This document shows, piece after piece, positions 61,776-64,000 of a stretch of 64,000 nucleotides of DNA. This DNA comes from Podarcis bocagei (Eukaryota). The notes under the pieces were generated by a model. That model made no database searches and was not told where the DNA came from. It was given only the letters and a program-made list of their open reading frames with translations. The DNA is taken from NCBI GenBank assembly GCA_964188305.1, contig OZ076893.1. One strand, written 5' to 3'. The position numbers and the translations under genes were made by a program. Every line of letters starts with the position of its first letter. Within the stretch, counting starts at the first letter, position 1.

Positions 61776-63654
61776 CAGAAATGGATCAAAGCATGTGTAC
61801 AACACTGATCACTTTAAGGAAAAAATGCCTATTGAGAAGCAGCACACTTAGAGGTCATGTTGGGGAGGGGGCTAAGTCATGTTATACATGGTCGGGTCTG
61901 TCTTCTTCACATACAAAATTCTTCACGACATATAATTCCAGGAAACTCTTCACAGCAATTCTACAAATGAAAGGGAAAGACAAGAGACAAATTAGCATCA
62001 CATATATTCAGGTTCTTTGTTGTTTTCAGAGGACTTGTATTACTCTGCTAACTCCTATTACAGCTACCTCATCAACTAAACCTCCACCTTGTTTGCTTCA
62101 GCCACCTGTGCACTTCTGTCAATTAGCAAGTTGATATAATCAAGGGGTGGACCTTTTTTTGTTACAGTTTAATGATTATACTATATAGGATGTATACAAC
62201 AAAAAGAAATAATCTAACAAGGAGAATTGCTTGGGAGTTTTCCATTCTGGTGAAATTGATGCATTATTTAAGAACTAAGGGAAAAAAGCAACATGATAAC
62301 TTCATGGCAAGCTAGAATCCTTTTATTATCGTAGCAGCTTAATATGCTTTGAGTTGCAGGGGCTGTAAGACAAAGCGACACAAATGCTGAATATGCCAAA
62401 AGGCGATATCCTATATAGGTGGCAGAAGTGCACAAAGGGGGGGGGGGAGAACTGGAAAAGGATTGTTAATCACACTGACAATCCTCCCAAGTTATAGATG
62501 CATTTAAATCCAGTATTTTATTGAACTCTTACAAGGGAGACACTGTTATTGATAACGCTGATAAAAAGCAAAGGAGAGAGATAAGAACAACCAAACTCCC
62601 CAGTTAGATAGCCCAACTGACCCTGAGTGTCGTCTTGTTCAGGCAGGACCATGGAGAAAGTGAGTAGAACCAGCTGTAGCTAATAATGGACATCCAGTTA
62701 CAAAACCAGCGCAGGCAAGCTGCAGTGGGTGTCACTGGCAGGGCACCCGTTAGGGAGACACCAAAAGAGAACTCTCCCCTTTGGCCTGTGCATTCGGGGT
62801 TGCAACAAGGGTACCCTCCTGCTGGTTGGGTTTCTATTTCCTGTGGTGTGTCTGTGATGTGGGTAGAAAATGTCTGAGTACCAGGTGAGAGGAAGGAGTA
62901 CCAGGGAAGGGTCTGTGCAGTTCCACCTATCCTTGGGTGAGAAATAACAAAATGGGCGAGAGCCAGATTGCTATGCATTTCTTTTGATAGTTTACAGTTC
63001 TGACAGTGAATAGTTTCATTAACTCCTGGTGATTCTGCATACATTTTTAGTAGAAACAGTAGAATGATTGGTCACAGCAATGTGGCGAATGAGAGGGAGA
63101 TATTGGAGTAACGGAGTGGATAATGTATTTTTAATGATGGATGTGTGTGAGTTGTGGAAGTGAAATGGGACGAGTGATACGGTTGGGCAGGTGGTAGTAC
63201 ATTATTTGTATTTATGTAGAAGGGAAATTGAGAATACATTTAAAATAGAATCTGGAGTGATATGCATGTATTACTGGAATGAGTTTTGCTTATTATGAGT
63301 AAACATGTCCCTTGGTAATAAGAGTGAAATTGTTTCCAAAAAAGTACTACTATGTTTTGCTTTAGGGGGAAAGTTATTATTTTATTTTGTATTGTAGTTC
63401 TTCAGTTTCATTGTTTATAAATATATTTGTTACTTTTGTAACCCCCTTAAGACACTTTCTGGGCATAAAAAGGTATATAACTCTATCAAATAAAAAACAG
63501 GAGACACACAGCTTCATATTTTCTAGTACTTCCCTCTTAAATATTACCGTTTTGGCCACATAAGCAACAGCACTCACATAACTGAACTGGAATCAGAAGA
63601 CAAAATGCTGGTTATTAGGAAAGAATGGAGACATTTGTTTACATCAACTATGAC

Positions 63655-63787
63655 CAGGGCTTTTTTGAGTCAGAACTCACCAGAACTCAGTTCCAGCACC
63701 TCTCAGGTAAACGCCGTTGCCATTGAAAGAGCAAAAGAGGCGCTCATGGTAAGTTCCAGCACCTCTTTTTCCAAAAAATAGCACTCG
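63655..63787. mobile_element. hAT-like MITE
   Basis: CAGGGCTTTTTT...AAAAAATAGCACT termini with repeated GTTCCAGCACCTCT. Confidence 0.6.
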
Positions 63788-64000
63788 CTATGATCATAAT
63801 AGAACATCAAGATAATAGAATCTTAGAGTTGGAAGGGACCCCAAGGGTCAGCTAGTCCAACCCCCTGCAAGGCTTCTTTCCTGATGTAGGACTAAGCAAT
63901 GGACTTCTGAGAGCATATTGACAGTTGGAATGCAACGGAAGATTCAGTTTAGGGCACAGCTTTCCAAACTGTGCGTTGTGACATGTTAGTGTGTTGGCTG

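Noticed and set aside
61776-61805. GTG start given by the ORF track for RNF19A
   Set aside because: Artefact of alternative-start calling; the first in-frame ATGs are at 61775 and 61760.
62604-63044. Possible endogenous hepadnavirus surface protein
   Set aside because: The overlapping frame has stops and none of the RT motifs (DxSxAFYH, KxPMGVGLSP, YMDD).

Overview
Vertebrate genomic DNA, almost certainly from a squamate reptile and probably a lacertid lizard (Sauria SINEs and lizard-type MITEs, CR1/L2/RTE fragments). It spans the conserved FBXO43-POLR2K-SPAG1-RNF19A syntenic block. The window holds probable 5' exons and promoter of FBXO43 (minus strand, body outside the window; identified by synteny only). 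POLR2K is complete (+, 3 coding exons, 58 aa) and its last intron is U12-type. SPAG1/DNAAF13 is complete (+, 18 coding exons, 965 aa) with an RFX X-box promoter. All 9 coding exons of RNF19A are present (-, about 805-810 aa; exon 1 lies beyond the window). Most notable observations: (1) a young Penelope-type inverted insertion in a SPAG1 intron carrying a minimal hammerhead ribozyme motif on each strand; (2) a complete set of U2 splice signals nested inside the POLR2K U12 intron (twintron-like, predicted NMD switch); (3) one Tc2/pogo-like MITE shell carrying different hairpin tandem arrays in two copies; (4) five uORFs ahead of RNF19A; (5) a solo LTR pointing at FBXO43; (6) unidentified coding-like or strand-skewed inserts. 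All calls were made by eye, without database searches.
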